From assembly GCA_965645245.1 (NCBI GenBank), contig OZ287071.1:558001-622000 (forward strand): DNA of 64,000 nucleotides, written 5' to 3'. Within the stretch, counting starts at the first letter, position 1. Each line of letters opens with the position of its first letter. Source of the stretch: Massalongia carnosa. Lineage: Eukaryota. This document shows positions 35,126 to 50,701 of this stretch, piece by piece. Made by a program: the position numbers and the translations under genes. The notes beneath the pieces are model-generated. The model did no database searches and was not told where the DNA came from. It was given only the letters and a program-made list of their open reading frames with translations.

Positions 35126-36824
35126 ACGTGTACAAAGTAATAGAATTAGGACGAACGGCATTTTGGGTGAGCCGTGTTATAACGTAAAGATTCACTCGCC
35201 CAAATTATGTCAGCCCTGCTCTTAACTGCATTCCAGAGATACCCCATGGTTGCACGAATACTTCCATAGCCACCTCAAGGGATCCGAGCATCTGACAAGC
35301 TACATTCAAAAGCAAGGACCTGGCGACCCGGCGACCATAACCGTATTTTTAAATCTTTTGGCCATCCTCCCATCGACGCCATCACTCTCCAGATTTGGTG
35401 TCAAAGATTACTCCGCACGCAATTTACCGTCGTCCAGCCGTTCCCGCTTTCTCCAATTCCCAAGACCTATCGGTACAGCTTCAGAAGGGATACGCTAGTG
35501 CCGAAAGCTCATCTGCTGAGCAATTCCATAATATAGAACAATGCCAACAGTCTCACACATAGCCTGGCTCGACTCTCTCTAAAGGAAAAATCGAAAGTAA
35601 TACTTCTAAATACGAAGATATTCCGGAAGCATGGTGCATTTTTCAGATCTTGGGGGGAGGGAGGGGGGAGGGGGGATGGGGATACTAAGAAACTATCTAC
35701 CTTCATACGCAGGTACGTAGATTCCAATACGATAACATATAACCTACCCAGTATTCATTCAGTGATCACGGATCCACGTACTTCATCGCCAACACAGAGT
35801 CATCTCTTTAAGCCAAACTCTAGCGTGTAGTAGCTTTTTACCATTATATATTTTCTGGCGGCAGGCTTCAACCCGCTCATTTGGGGTGAGCTCTAAACCC
35901 AACATTCAGCCAAAGAGCAGACATTCCTGTTCATTTGAAAAGCGAGATGTAGCCCTCGATTTAACAAAGGGGTATTTTCATATGTTGTTTATATTTCTCC
36001 CTTCTCCCTTCTCCCGCCCTTTTCCTGTACCCCTTCCCCATTTCTTCACCAACCCCCCTTTGAATAGACCCCCACTCTCTCAAAGCCGCAAACCCTAACA
36101 CCCGCCCCTTCCCTCCTCCCTTCTCCGTCGTCAGATGAAGAAAAAGGGAGCGACGAAGGAAAGATGAAAGCAAGAAGTGAGATAAAGAATCCTATCCTTT
36201 GCTACGAGACACAATCCGCCTTTTATCATCAAAATACTACAAAAGGAAAATTGCAAAAGCAAAGCAGGAAAGAGGAAAAGGCCTCAGTCTTGTATACTAT
36301 AGCCTACTTGCTCCGCTTTCCATGACTACCCAGCAGCGCCTCGCACTCTCTTACCAGGAAGCAATAAATATGTTCATGGTTGGTATCACGGGCATCGCCG
36401 CCAATCAACTCAGAAAATTTAGGAGAGGTGGATACATAGGTAGATGGATACCTGGTTAACTTCTCCTGTTACCTGATGTTAGATCGGTGCTTGATGGAAA
36501 ACTAAGAAGGGGGATTGCTCTTCTCCATTCTGTTTAGTCATGGTGATATATAGAGATTAGGGTGTCGTTCAGATGATGGAGGGGCCTAGATATTCTCTAG
36601 ATCTATACAGCTGCTTGATGGTCCGTTTTCATACAGATAAATCCAGTTCAGAGCTCGTTGATTTTTCTGACTCAAAGTTCCGGAGCCACAAAGTTCTCTA
36701 AGTGTAATATCAATGGTAAGTTTTCTTATCCGTGACCGTATAAAAGGTTTAGCAACTTCAAACCAACACACTGAAACGTCCACCCAGCGAACCACCACCC
36801 CTGGGGAGCCAATTGGCACACCAA

Positions 36825-38881
36825 TTAATCTCCCGAAAGACCCAAATCGGGTTGTGCAGCGACGATGCGGAGGGTATTGGTATGGCCCTTGCCGCCACGC
36901 CAGCCTTGAACACAAACCACTTTATCACCCTTGCTGAGCACCCCAAGCTTGATGGCTTCTGCGATCCCCCACTTGAGGCGACCATCAACGTCCTCTTGCC
37001 AATCGGTCTCGTTGAAATCGGGCTTCTTCTCGTGAAATAAGAACGGGTAGACTCCACGATATAGATGTGAGTACTGTCAACTGGTAATTAGTGAAGTAGA
37101 TTAATTTATGATTTGGTACGTACGCGAGAAGCTGTAGGGTTACGAGTGACCATAATAATAGGGCAAACTGGACGGTACTTCGAGATAAGACGAGCGGACG
37201 AGCCACTGTAGCGAAATTAGCCAACCTTGATGAAAGCCTTGAGGTCCGTCCACAGTTTACCTAGTCGTCAAGACAAGAATTGCTCCAGCGTTCATCTCAA
37301 AGCTGGCGCTCACGGCAGATACAGCACAAGTCTCCGAAAGGCTGAGCGGCTTAAGGGTAGCGGCACGCAACTCGTTGAACAGGCTGATGTACGGAATAGC
37401 GACTTCGGCCAAGATACAGGTATCGTGCATCATGATGACAGATTCTTTGGGATAATTTCCCTTGGCAGTTTCCCCTGACAGCATGACGCAGTCGGCTCCA
37501 TCCAATACCGCATTGGCAACATCACTCACTTCAGCACGGGTAGGTCGTGGATTGTAGGTCATGGACTCGAGCATCTGGGTAGCACAAATAACCGGCTTCC
37601 CCGCCAGGTTGCATTTGGCGATCATCATCTTTTGCGCAACAAAGACGTGGGCAGGGGGAATTTCTATGCCGAGATCGCCACGAGCGACCATGACCCCGTC
37701 CGTCTCCTTGAGAATCTCATCAAAGTTATTTACCCCCTGCTGATTCTCAATCTTGGCGATGATCTGAATCTCCTTGCCATCTTCCCCGAGAACCTCTCGA
37801 ATGGCAGTGATGTCGCTTCCTCGGCGAATAAACGACGCAAAGACCATGTCGACATTATTCTTGACACCGAAGCGAAGATCGTTCTTGTCTTTTTCTGACA
37901 ACGCCGGGAGATCCACATCGGTCTTGGGCAAATTGACACCCTTCTTCGAGGATATCTTGCCATTGTTCAGACACTTGACACGAATGGTCCGCTCATTCAC
38001 AATGTCTAGCACCTCAAAGGACAGAACACCATCATCAACATAGATGATTCGACCTTTTTCAATAACTTTGGTGATGTTCTTATAATCCACGAACCTAGGT
38101 CTCTTAGCTTGCAGCCAAACATCGAGCTTCGTTGGGGCTCACATGTTCTTGTTGTCGCTAGATGTGGCATATTTCTCGTCAGTGGTAATGTTCAACTCCG
38201 TCCCCGCAGATATTGCAATGTCTTCATCTCCGGTAGTGTTTCCGGTACGAATCTCAGGGCCTTTCTACAAGCCATCTATTGCTTAGCAAGACTCTGAAAC
38301 ATGAATGATAGGAGAAACTGCCGAAATGTAGGAACTGACCGTATCAAGGGCAATAGCCAGTGGACGACCTGGTGAAAGACGCTCCGCTTCTCTCGCATTG
38401 TCAACCACAGATTGATGGTACTAAATTGTGTCCTTTGTTAGCTCCATGCATAGCTTACAGCCACGAATCCGAGCTAAATTTTCGTCGAAGATGTCCCCCT
38501 CCCAACCCGAGAACAAAGATCCTATGTCAGAGTCTCTCCTACCTCATGAGATCCATGAGAAAAGTTCATACGAACGATTCCCAGACCACCTATGTTGCTG
38601 TTAGCTATATAATATACGTATTATGAAGGATGAGACTCACCTTTACGTAATTCATTGATCTTTGCCGATGAGTTTGTCTTGGGACCTATGCAGGATGAAT
38701 ATGAGCTGGTGTTGTGTCATAGATAAAGCTGCACATTGGCAAGGCGGGGCTGATGATACGAACCGATTGTCCCAATGATGGATGTGCGACGATAATTCTT
38801 CTTTGGCACAAACTCAGTGTCAAGAGTTGAGAGCCATTGTATACGGGTTTGGCCTTTCGAGCGATCGAGAGCATCTGCCAT
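36825..38881 (-). CDS. PYK1: Pyruvate kinase, multi-exon
   Basis: [68 protein letters not shown] and MLSGETAKG; ends [15 protein letters not shown]...GD-TAA at 36825. Confidence 0.96.
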
Positions 38882-40288
38882 TGAGTTGTCAAGACTAAGG
38901 TAGGGTAAGTCGTCGTCCTGTGGTCTTCCACTGTCAATTAGGTGGTGGCGAGACCAATTCGTTAAGTAGTTGTGGGATGAAGGCTTTACAGAAACGGGTT
39001 TTAAGTGAATCGAGGAGTATTTGGGGTAGTGGGGGAAAAGACTCACACGCGGGGTTGGGAAGGAAGCAACAAGTCTGGGAGCTGCAGGTTGTGGTGGGAT
39101 GAAATCGTTATCCAAACGGGGCCGATAAAAGTCCGTCATGCTGGAAGCTATGGCACGTGTTGATCGCAGCGTTGATTGGCTCGTTTGGATCAATGTTGAT
39201 GCGAGTGATTGGTCGTGAACATAAGAGCTTGGACAGAGGACTTCCACATTTGAGTATCCTGGCGCTAACTTAGTCTAGTGCCTTTGAACTGCACCGCAAA
39301 CCTCCAGACCAAGACTTTTTGATTTGTGCTTGAACCTTTACTGGGCTTGGCACCAACACTTACGAAGACCAAATCACTCTTTGCACATCAGTTGACTCTA
39401 AAGTCTCCAAAATCTCTGTGACACATTCCTCGCGATGGTGGTGAGAAATCCCATCTTCCATTGCCGGAAAGCCTACTGACTCCCGGCCAGCTCGGCCGGT
39501 TATTTCATTACACTTTCGACGCTATACTGTGTAAGAAACCTCTTTAGAGCATACTTCTCTTTACTCATCGAACTGTACACAGTCTCTGCGTTTCTGGCAG
39601 GTGTGCGGCGGTCAACAGGGATAACGTACGCTACCCGATCCCCAAATCCTTAAACCTACTTTCCACGCTTTCCTTGTTGTTGATGAATGCAACAAAGAAG
39701 AAAGTCTTCATTAACAGCTAATACGTCCCCCCTCAATGGGAACCGTAGCCCCAGCGTTAACCAAGAGAAGATACTGGATAGCAAGGAAGTGAAGAAATTC
39801 GTTGACGGCTATCTCAGTGTGGGGGAATGGGCTATGGACCAAAGCGTTGCGTTATTTGGATCTAGCAGCTATTTTGAGCGAAAGAGATAATAAGCAGCAG
39901 TGATTAAATTGTGGGCTTTATGGTTGAAGCAAAGCAACGAACCTTGAAGTTCATGCTCTCTTCCTTGCCCCGATCGCATGAGTTGGTATTGGGGTCGTGG
40001 AGTTAAAGGGTGTATCTGGGCTCGGAGAAGGCAGGAGAACGTAACTCTTCGACTTGTGGTGGATATCGTGTGGCCAAGCAGCAGAGGACAGCTCTTGTGT
40101 GCCAAACTGGAAGCTTTCAAGAAATGACCTCATTGGCTCATCTTTCACTCCCCAACCATACCCATGCGTCATACCTCCCGCAATTTAGCATCTCACCTCA
40201 GAACATATATCCACTCTGTACGCAATATATAACTTTAAAGTCCCCTATCAACTCCCTTGCCGCAAACTCGAGTACTCCACTACCAAAA

Positions 40289-41620
40289 ATGGCGGAGAAA
40301 TACCTCCTCCGTGTGACTGCAGGCCCCACCTACGACCCCTCCACCCACCAGCAAGTCTTGGTAAATACCCCGCACGCCACCGATATTTGTACTCCCCTTC
40401 TCTTTGCCTCCATCATTGTCCGCATCCAGAATTACCGCGGTAAATTTTCTCTTCTTCCGCCCCTCTCTTTCCTTGATCACAGATCACGCACTCCCTCCCA
40501 AAGCTAACTCCCCTCATGCAGGCCTCCCCGCCACCTCGCCCCACACATCGCCCTATTTTGCCGACCCGCACCACGCCCACGACCAATACAGCATTTCCTT
40601 TCGCCTGCTCCCGCACCAGCCCATCCCAGGCTCCGCTCTCGTCTTCGGTAACGATTTCGACCACCCAATCCGCGATCGCTTACCCCCTGGCTTCGGCACC
40701 GCGCTGAAGATCGTGAAATGGGCCATTGACCCGGGCGTGGATGGGGATGTCTACGGGGATCGACCACATTTGTACGGGAATGCGTTAAGTAGTGTTAATG
40801 TGCTCCGGGTTGGCGGGAAGGCTGGGAAGCGCAAACAGGGAGGGGAGACGGGAAATGTGCAGAGCAAGAACGAAGACGGAGAGGTCAAGGAAGAAGAGGA
40901 GAAAGTGGTTGAGGAAGGGGGAGAGGCTGGCGGAGACGAGCTGCGTGCGGAGCTGGGGGTGCCGGCTGATGCGGCTGGGAGGAAGAAGTGGTTTTTGAAA
41001 GCGGGGAGCACGGAAGGGTGGGTGTGGGAAGCTGGTAGAGAGTATTGGGTGGATTTCTTCAATCCGTATTTGGATTTCAATCGTGAGATCGCCCTTTACC
41101 CTTGCGCTGATTGTTATATGTTTGCTATCGCTTGGATGAACGAGAAGCCAAGGTTGGCCGTGCAACAAAGGGAGGGCAACGAAAGAAGAAAAGCATTGAT
41201 TATCCAGGCCCACTAACTCCATACCGCTGCACAGAATTTGCTCTCAAACTTCCGGGTTTCTCCCTCTCCCTTCTCCCTTATCTAGGCGGCGACGACTATC
41301 TACGGTACGTCACCCTTTCACCCTCCACCTCCTCATCTCCAGTCTTCTTCCTTCATTTCTTCAGATCATCATTTCCTCCTAACACCCTATCCACCTCACG
41401 GAGCAGATACGTTCTCAAAAACAAAGACACGAGTGACGTCTACTTCGTCATCGTTTTCTCGCTTGTACCGAGGGAGGAGCTAGAAGGAGGAAAGAGCTTA
41501 AGCGATTTGCAAGCGCCGGGAAGTGGGGAGGGGGAAGAGGGGTTGAAAGGAGAGAAGAGAGATGGGGTTAAGGGAGAAGCGAAGGGGGGATTTGAGCCTG
41601 CAGCTGATGATTTAGATTGA
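40289..41620 (+). CDS. DUF1769-family conserved fungal protein
   Basis: MAEKYLLRVTAGPTYD, LVFGNDFDHPIRDRLPPGF, WAIDPG, DFFNPYLDFN, LKLPGF and LRYVLKNK; introns ~40440-40520, ~41083-41234 and ~41305-41407. Confidence 0.82.
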
Positions 41621-41829
41621 GCAGGAAATCTGCTGTTTCAAGAGAGAAGGGGTTTACATATGAAGAAAAGGGGTAAATGCGAAGCATGCAAGGCCTTGGA
41701 GGATCTGGTACATAAGCTGGAAGAAGCTCGCAGGGGTGGTATCGATCTCCTCTGTATATATGCAAAGTTCTGATTTCCGCCCAAACTCCACGTTGACTGT
41801 CACACCTTTTACTCACACAGCCAGCCTCC

Positions 41830-42977
<1,148 letters not shown>

Positions 42978-43128
42978 TGATTAATTGTGAACGCGGAACC
43001 GATCTTGTTATAAAGTACGTTGGTTCGAGCTTCAAATTTTCTATGTCTGCGGCATTTTGCGCCAAACAGTAAGAAACCTCTAAGAAAGTTTCAGCATTAA
43101 GCTATCTCAAGGTTTATGATCTCAACTT

Positions 43129-43136
43129 TAAACTGC
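43129..43136. promoter_or_regulatory. Possible Gcn4/CpcA response element upstream of LYS12
   Basis: TTGACTCG about 155 bp upstream of the LYS12 ATG; the TGACTC core is the cross-pathway control motif. A 6-mer can occur by chance. Confidence 0.3.
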
Positions 43137-43469
43137 CAAACACCTCATTTGACTCGCTCATCATCACATCAGATCAAACACTCCGGCATTCTAACGATCA
43201 CAGAGGAAACCTCAAACGAGTTAGTCCCATTTTGCGGGCGTCTGAATGAGAGCTTGCTCCTTTTTAGACAAAAGACATTTATGAAGCTTAATTCTGTTTT
43301 TTGTTTGAATAACTACCTGATGTTGCTGAAATCTCCTTCTGCTTAATTATATCTAAACCCATTCTCTACACCCATGTATTCTTCCCTCTTATCCCAAATT
43401 TGATGCAAGTTCGGTAGCCAACTCTCTACTGCCATCGTCCAAAAGACTTTCATCTATACTATATTCCGT

Positions 43470-46400
43470 CTAAGCAAAGATCGCCTTGAACTTGATATCA
43501 AACTCTGCTCGTAATCTTGATAGCGCTCTGTAAACATTCAAGAAACCCTGTTCCACCTCTTCAATAGAGCGACTAGTGCCTTCAAAGTCTCCCTCGCTCG
43601 CTCCGTTCATTGCTTCATTCCCGTCTCCATTATCGTCGTCGTCGTCGTCGTCCCAGGAATCTGCAACCTTTTTCTTCCGTGGATTAGCTGCTTGTGCTGT
43701 TGGCAATGGTATGCGTGCCCTTTCAGAGGCAGTGCTTGCTGAACTGCTTTCGGCCTTCTCACTGGGTGTCTCAGCTGCAAATTTATCGTCTTCAAGATTG
43801 ATGTGCTCATCACCTTCTCCCATGACATCGAGCATGCTGAGATCAGACTCAGGAAGCTTGAGAAAATTGGCGAGGCTGACTGTGATTGTTGCTAACACCA
43901 TTGAGAAATCTAAATCACATGTAATCTAATTAGCGCCACTTGGTTCTTCAGGGTTGAACTATACCAAAATGTTTTTCATACCATTAAGCAAAAACCAAAC
44001 CTCGGATTTTCGCACTCCGTTTGCCCTTTCCAGACAGTTTAGGTCTCCATGCATATAGAAATCATACAAATCTGACAGTGATTAGCTATTACCAAGTCTC
44101 AAAAAAATACCAATTGCTTCAGGTATCAAACGTACATGCGTTTAAAGGAGTTTTAGCTTCGTCGGGATACACATCGAGATGGGGGATCACTGCCTCTTCC
44201 AGGAACACCCCAGACCGAGTTGTTTGACATAAATCCGAAATACTATCAAAAGAATCTCCATGACCAGACAAGGCAACAAATGCTGATCTGACCTTTGGAG
44301 TTGACGAATTTCCGGCGAGGTCTCCAAGGGCCTTGTGGCCGCCAACAGCGATGCCTGTCAGTGGCAAACTGCAGTCGTCCGCTTCAATGTGCTGATCAAC
44401 GAACGTTTGGACATAGGTTGTAAATATCTGAAGGGTTTCCTTATTATGTTGACGAATTATTTCTGCTGCTCGACTGGGTAGAGGAGGAAGAAAAACAATA
44501 GAAGAAGATCTCTTGACAACAGTTTCTACATATTCTTGATCTACCTGTCTACATGGCCTTCGACCAAATAGGTGAGCCATCACAATCATCAAGGTCCGAA
44601 GAACGCTAGACTCTCTCTCCTTTATATCGGAGCACAACCCGTGGAAGAAGCCTTCCTTCAGGAGAGCATTTAACGCAAAACTCGAGTTTTCGGTATAATA
44701 AAGATGAGATGTTAAACCTGCAAAATTGAGTGGAACACCCTGGGAGCTGAGAAGACTCTGCCTTCGAAGGTATTCAATCGAGAATCTTAAATGGTGAAGC
44801 ACTTGATCCTTGAAAGCCAATCCATCAAGATATAGGCGAGGTTGTGAGAGAAGTGAGTTGATTGCTTGTATTGCATATGGGGAATTACCAGATTCATGCA
44901 GTAGCGTAAAAAGCCTCAGCACCAAAGTAGTAGTAATCGGGAAATGTCCGTTTAAGTCTGGAAGCCGGGAGCTGATGAGACGGCAGACCTTGGATTCACT
45001 GATGTTTTGAAAAACCTATTACATCTAAGCACGGATGAGGTAAATTTCAGTTCGGCTCTAAGACACTTACTACGTTTCCAAGAAGATCGAAACCCCGGCG
45101 ACCAGCACGACCAGCAGCTTGTCGAAAATTCAGCGCCGTGAGAAAAACGCTATCACCCGAAAACACAACTGTGGCACATGGCATGTTTATTCCTAGTGCT
45201 AGAGTCCCGGTAGCTATCACCACCCGCAGATATCCTTTTCTAAATAGCATCTCAACCCTATTATTCAAACCTTTAGCATGTAATACTAGGTCGGAGATTT
45301 TGTATCACCATGTATAGTGTAATCCTTAACAGGACTGTGAATCGAGAAACGAAAAGTGAATAAGAAGCTAAGAGTACTTACACTTGACGATACTTGCGGT
45401 TCATTCCGGCATGATGCACTCCAATACCTCTTGTCAAAGCCTCCATCAACCAGGGAGATATTCCTCGTCTTGTCAGTTGCCAGAAGTAGCGTTTTAATTC
45501 CGACGATTCAATCTTATGCTTAGCTGCGAAATGAAAGCCATCGATTGGGGCTTCAGGATCAAAGTTCGCAAAAGGGCTGGCCTCGCTGCTTGCTGCATCT
45601 TGCATCCTTTCGGCTTTTGTGCCAGGACCATCATCATCCTCCTTGCCTCGTTTCTTAGGGGCGATCTTTGGGGCCCTTTTCCCTGCCATCTTTGCTTGTT
45701 CTTTTTTATATTGCTCCCAATCACTTAAGTGCCTTTTCCATATTGAACTTTTCTTCTTCCATTTCGTCTCTGCTGCGTTCAACTGACTGAGGATTGCATT
45801 ACAGATACCCTCACATTTTTCTCGATCGTAATTAAAGAATATCACTGGTAAGGCATCACGTTCATGAAGCTTACAAAGCAGTGGAAGAGTTGTATCAAGC
45901 ACATTGTTTTCGTCAATTTCAACAATGTCCTCAGCTCCTGCGTCTACTGCGTAGCGTCGAGAGATTTGGTCTTTGCTGGAACACTGGTTGAGAAATGTGT
46001 TGCCGAGATCCTTCACCACTTTATCGAAAGGAGAGTTGTCATCACGCATCCACGCTTTCAATAAAGCTTTTAAATTTTCTTCCCACCGGATGATATCGGA
46101 TTTTGCCAAGATCTTAGGGAAGGCATGATTTTCCGGGTCTAATGAGGGATTAATTGGATACCGAGGGGTCTGATGGCGATTCAAAGTTTGCCAAAGCGAT
46201 AAGCAATCCCTGGCTTCCAAGCTAAGATCTTCTGGAATTCCTCTTGATTTGTTCACCAGGCTTGCAACAGGATGGAGAAACAGCAGCCCTTCTAAGCCAT
46301 CTAGACCAAGGGTTCCGAAAGAAGTTTTGGGCGCAAGCCCATGAAATGCGAAGCGCCTGGGAGGTACGAATAGAAATTTTCGTAAATCTGAATAACGATG

Positions 46401-49400
46401 TTGATGCTTGATCATGGTTAACTGGAATCCAGATGATTCCTGCGTAGCGGCTAACCATGAGCTGAACTTCTCTGGGTTTCCCACAGTTGCCGACAAAGCA
46501 ATGATGGGACATGGCGCGAGAAGAAGTAGCTGCTCCCATACCACACCATCCTCCGCATTTCCAATAGAATGTATCTCATCAAATATGATAGTCTTTACTT
46601 TTTTAGACCAGGTTTTTGCATTTCCTGGGGACAGAAGCATGATCTGCAGTATGTGTGGCACGGTAACTAGAATCTGACAACCGGAAGGATTGTTGACTCT
46701 GTAATCTCTAGTATGAATAGCCCAAACTGATTTTCCGGCATGCTTGTACGTCTTCTTGTAACGCGCTTGGATCTCTGCTCCAATCTGATTAACTAGGGCT
46801 TTAGTAGGGGCTATGTATACCAAAATGCTGTCGTCGTTCAACCTAAGTATTCGCTCCATTGCGTAAAATGAAATAAAGGTTTTTCCCGCGCTGGTGGGCG
46901 CTACAACAAAGACACTTCGATCAGCATCGAGCTCATCCAAAACTTTTCGCTGCCAGCCATCTGGATTAAAAGGAACTCGTATGTCAGGTGCGGAATCTAG
47001 ATTACGGTCCATGTATGGACCGCAATACAGACACTGGAAATCAATTGGTCTCAGGGGTATTGAAATTGCTGTAGGATTGGACAAATGCAAATTTGGGCTA
47101 AAAGAGAGCTTGCGATCATTGGTTGGCTGGGGAATCTCCATGTGGGGTAGGTTCATAGTATCCAGAATTTGCTTCATATGTCCCGTGATGGCCTTGGTGA
47201 GCCCGTTGGTGGAAGAAAGTCTTCGAATTGAATCCCATACTAACGCGGCAACGCCATACAGCTCGTCGTTATTCGAGGCACCCTGATCATTACTTTTACT
47301 AGAAAGACCTCGATGAATATCTACTAGAACGGTTAGAATATAGAATTCAACTTCAGCCTGAAGCACGTTTCGTTTCGAGTCTGTCAAGTCTCGGAGGTAG
47401 GCTTTAGCTTTGGAGTACTTTGAGCTAAGGAGGGCCTCGAAGTCTAATCCCCTTCGTACCGTCTGCCAGGAGGAGAATAATCTCTCTGCGTTCTCGTTGT
47501 CCTTGCTGACTTTACTTGCCGCAATGTTTTCTAGCATCGCTTTTTTGCCAGCTCCCTTCCGGTTAGATGTAGCATTAACATTGTTATGCTTTCTTGAACT
47601 GCCACTATCTTCGCTATTCCCACTTTCAATATAGGTAGTATTACTCTTCTTCGCGTCGGTAACGGTTACAGTTTCGGGTTCTAATATCTTACCCGAAGCA
47701 TTAGTTAAGCTGGCGGCATAAGCTTGCATCTCAGCCATAAAAAATTGGTTTCTTCTCAAGGCGCGGGACTTCTCTTTTTCAGTAAGAGGATGAATGGATT
47801 TGGGATCAATGCGACGTTTGGCGTTATGCCAGTGAGAAATCTCTTGGAAGATTCGAGCTGATTGACAACCCACAATTTCCGCGCTTCCTATTGAAATTTT
47901 GATCGACGACAGATGTTTATCGAACACCGCATTCGAGAAGGGTAACACAGATATTTTATTCCTAGAGACCACGTCACTCCTGAAATTGCGCTCTATTGTT
48001 CCTCCGAGGGAGGTGATTTGGGGCTGGTATTTAACTCGAACTCCACATAGCGAATGTAGTAATTGAGCTAGTTCTTCGGTTTTCGAATCAAGCCAAGCAA
48101 TACTTGTTTCTTTATTGAGGAGATTTCGGGTAGACTGGGAGGATATAGCATAAAACAAGCGGCCATCAATCAGGTCAGCTATGTCACAATCTATTTTTTG
48201 CGCATCCATCGTGGAACTCCAGCTCCGCTCATCGAGGATTTGGCGAGATATAATCGAAAATTCAGCCAGGAATTTAGAAGCTTTGAGATCTTCCTCACTC
48301 GCTTCGTGGTTCCATAACTGTGGGCGACACGAAATAATTGTCTCTCCTATCAGCACCGTGTGAAGTAGAAAGCTTAACGCCAGCGAACAATCAAATTGTT
48401 TTTTTTTAAGAATGTAAGCCAACGTTATAAGGGCTAGATAGATACGCTCAGGGAATACAGGCTGACCGGCAACGGTTAATCCCTTAAGCATATCTTCTGG
48501 TGATTTTTCTTTTTTATCCACAGTATCAATTTGGTGTTTTGTGAAGGATGGAGTCTTGAATCCAAGCTTTAGAAGGAATGGCTCAGCTATACAACATGGG
48601 GTCACATTCTGTGACTCCTGGGTATCAGGACCATCCAAGTATAACCCGGAGTTGATTGGTGCTCGGCGAGAACCTTCCACCATCATAGCCATTACCTATG
48701 TAGTTGGTTCAGCAAATACAAATAGGTCCTGGAAACTGTCCTAAAAGCCCTACCTTTGTATCCATCCATTCTAACCCGTTGATGAGCGCTACGTTGTAGC
48801 CTTTCTTGATCAATAAGCATATTGTACTCCTGAACCCAACCTTTCTTGCAAATTCTCCCGCCTCAATATTGATATTTCCCCCTTTATCTACCTGTTCTTC
48901 ATCATCTCCGTCCTCGTCATCATTATCGTCGCCTTCATCATCTTCGTCTTCATCGTCTTCATCACCATCTTCCTCAGCATCTTCCTCCGATAGAGACATG
49001 TTCCCACTATTAACAGTTGGGTTGGCTCCATCATGACAAAGCATGAAGTATACGTCTGATGTCTTCAAATATATCTCAAAACTGGGATCAAATAGTGATT
49101 CAAATACTCGTAAGGTTATCGAGGGGTGGGTCTTTGGGAGATGGACCTGAAAATGGCGGATAAGAACTGATCTTGCAAGAAGGTATTTGTGGCGATTCTC
49201 GGAAGAGGTAGCCCATGGAATGCACTGCTCTTGATGGTTTTGGAAGAAAACTATATGGAAATTGCACTTTCTCTGCACAAGACCTTGAAGAAAATGCTCA
49301 ACGGCATATATAGAGTGTAAGAGCTGGAATCCCTCTGTAAGGGCAGAACCACTGTTAGCAATTTCTTGTTAATATTTTTGCGACATGCTGATGCGGTTTT

Positions 49401-49707
49401 TCTGGTTGTAGCAGGTATTACTACTATATTGTTGTTGGGGCTTTTCCTGCATATACACATCCCGTCCGCAGATCGGAGTACTTACTGTTGAAGTCCAGCT
49501 TTGAATCGCTCAGGCACCTTAGCAACAATGAATCGCCTTCGACGAGAAACAGTTCAGATCCTGCATAATCTCCTACTAGATCAATTCGTCTTGCTGGCAA
49601 GCTCGCGTACCTGATTTCGTGTGAGCATGACAATCATAAGGATATTTACGCACATCAAGTCATTACCATTCAAGCAATTTTTTCTTTGGATCTTTATGCT
49701 TCATCAT
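43470..49707 (-). CDS. Large Ski2-like DExH RNA helicase, DDX60-like
   Basis: [72 protein letters not shown] and [15 protein letters not shown]-terminal [20 protein letters not shown]; several introns; ATG at 49707. Confidence 0.88.
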
Positions 49708-50701
49708 CTTAGGCTCTGGCTTTTAGTCTTGTCAAACTGAGGCTGATAAAGTGCTTCAGGAAATAGAAAGGAGGATTACGACCACTGTAATAGTAAAAAT
49801 GACAAAGTATAACAAGTGTTACTTTGTGTCAGTAGCTCAAAGTGTGACGGTAGGAAAGAAGTATGTTGTTTGGGATTGAAGGAGATATCGTAAAACCTCA
49901 AACCTGAGGATGCTGAGTTTGCCAGCACAGGCACCAATACACACCCAACTCAACGATGCTTAGATACATCAACGCTCGCCATCCTTCTTTCGTGAGGAGT
50001 AATGTAAGATCTCCTTAGATTCTACAAGTTTTCAATAATTTAAGGAAGATATGGGAAGGTAAAGTTTGTGGCCTTTAGCGGGGGTCGCAGTCAGTTACAC
50101 CAATCACAATGTCTCTCTGTTTATCATGCCCTGTGGTAGGATAAGTCCACAAAAGTCGCGTTTGCAACATCATTATGGTAAGCGTAATGAATAAGATCCC
50201 TACCTTCTAATTTTAGTCTTCTTTTCTGTATTCTTTGAGTCGCAACCCTCCATCATGTGGCACCATCTTGCTTAGAAGATATCATCATTTGTCAAAAGGC
50301 ATTGAAATGGTCTTTAAGGAGAGTCTGGTGTTCTGCTTATTCACCAATTCAGGGGATAACTCGATTCATATCCAAGAGATTTCGCTAAGAGCCTTAATAT
50401 ATAACTCGGAATTGCTATTAAGCAAAAGTAAAATCTTAGCTGGTATGAGTATTCGTGCGCATAGGACGAGAATTTGGCGTATCATTACATGAATCTCAAC
50501 TTCCTAGATCCACTCAACAAGTCTTGGAAAGTTGCCCAGGCGGTCTATATTAATGTTAGACCCACACACTTTGAAAATCGGTGGTCTCAAATATATCCAA
50601 AATCGATTGGTCTCTTGATATCGAGGTCTTCAATCCTTTAACCAGTCGTTCTGGGGGAGCCAACTAGCTTCGCTCCTATCATCCATTTCAAGAACATAAT
50701 A

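Noticed and set aside
35650..35682. G-rich tracts (also ~9188-9207, ~61381-61403) as G-quadruplex elements
   Set aside because: Purine/pyrimidine runs are common in these UTR and intergenic regions; nothing indicates function.
43632..43652. (TCG)n microsatellite and the acidic repeat near 48900-48990
   Set aside because: They encode poly-Asp/Glu tracts inside the helicase CDS.
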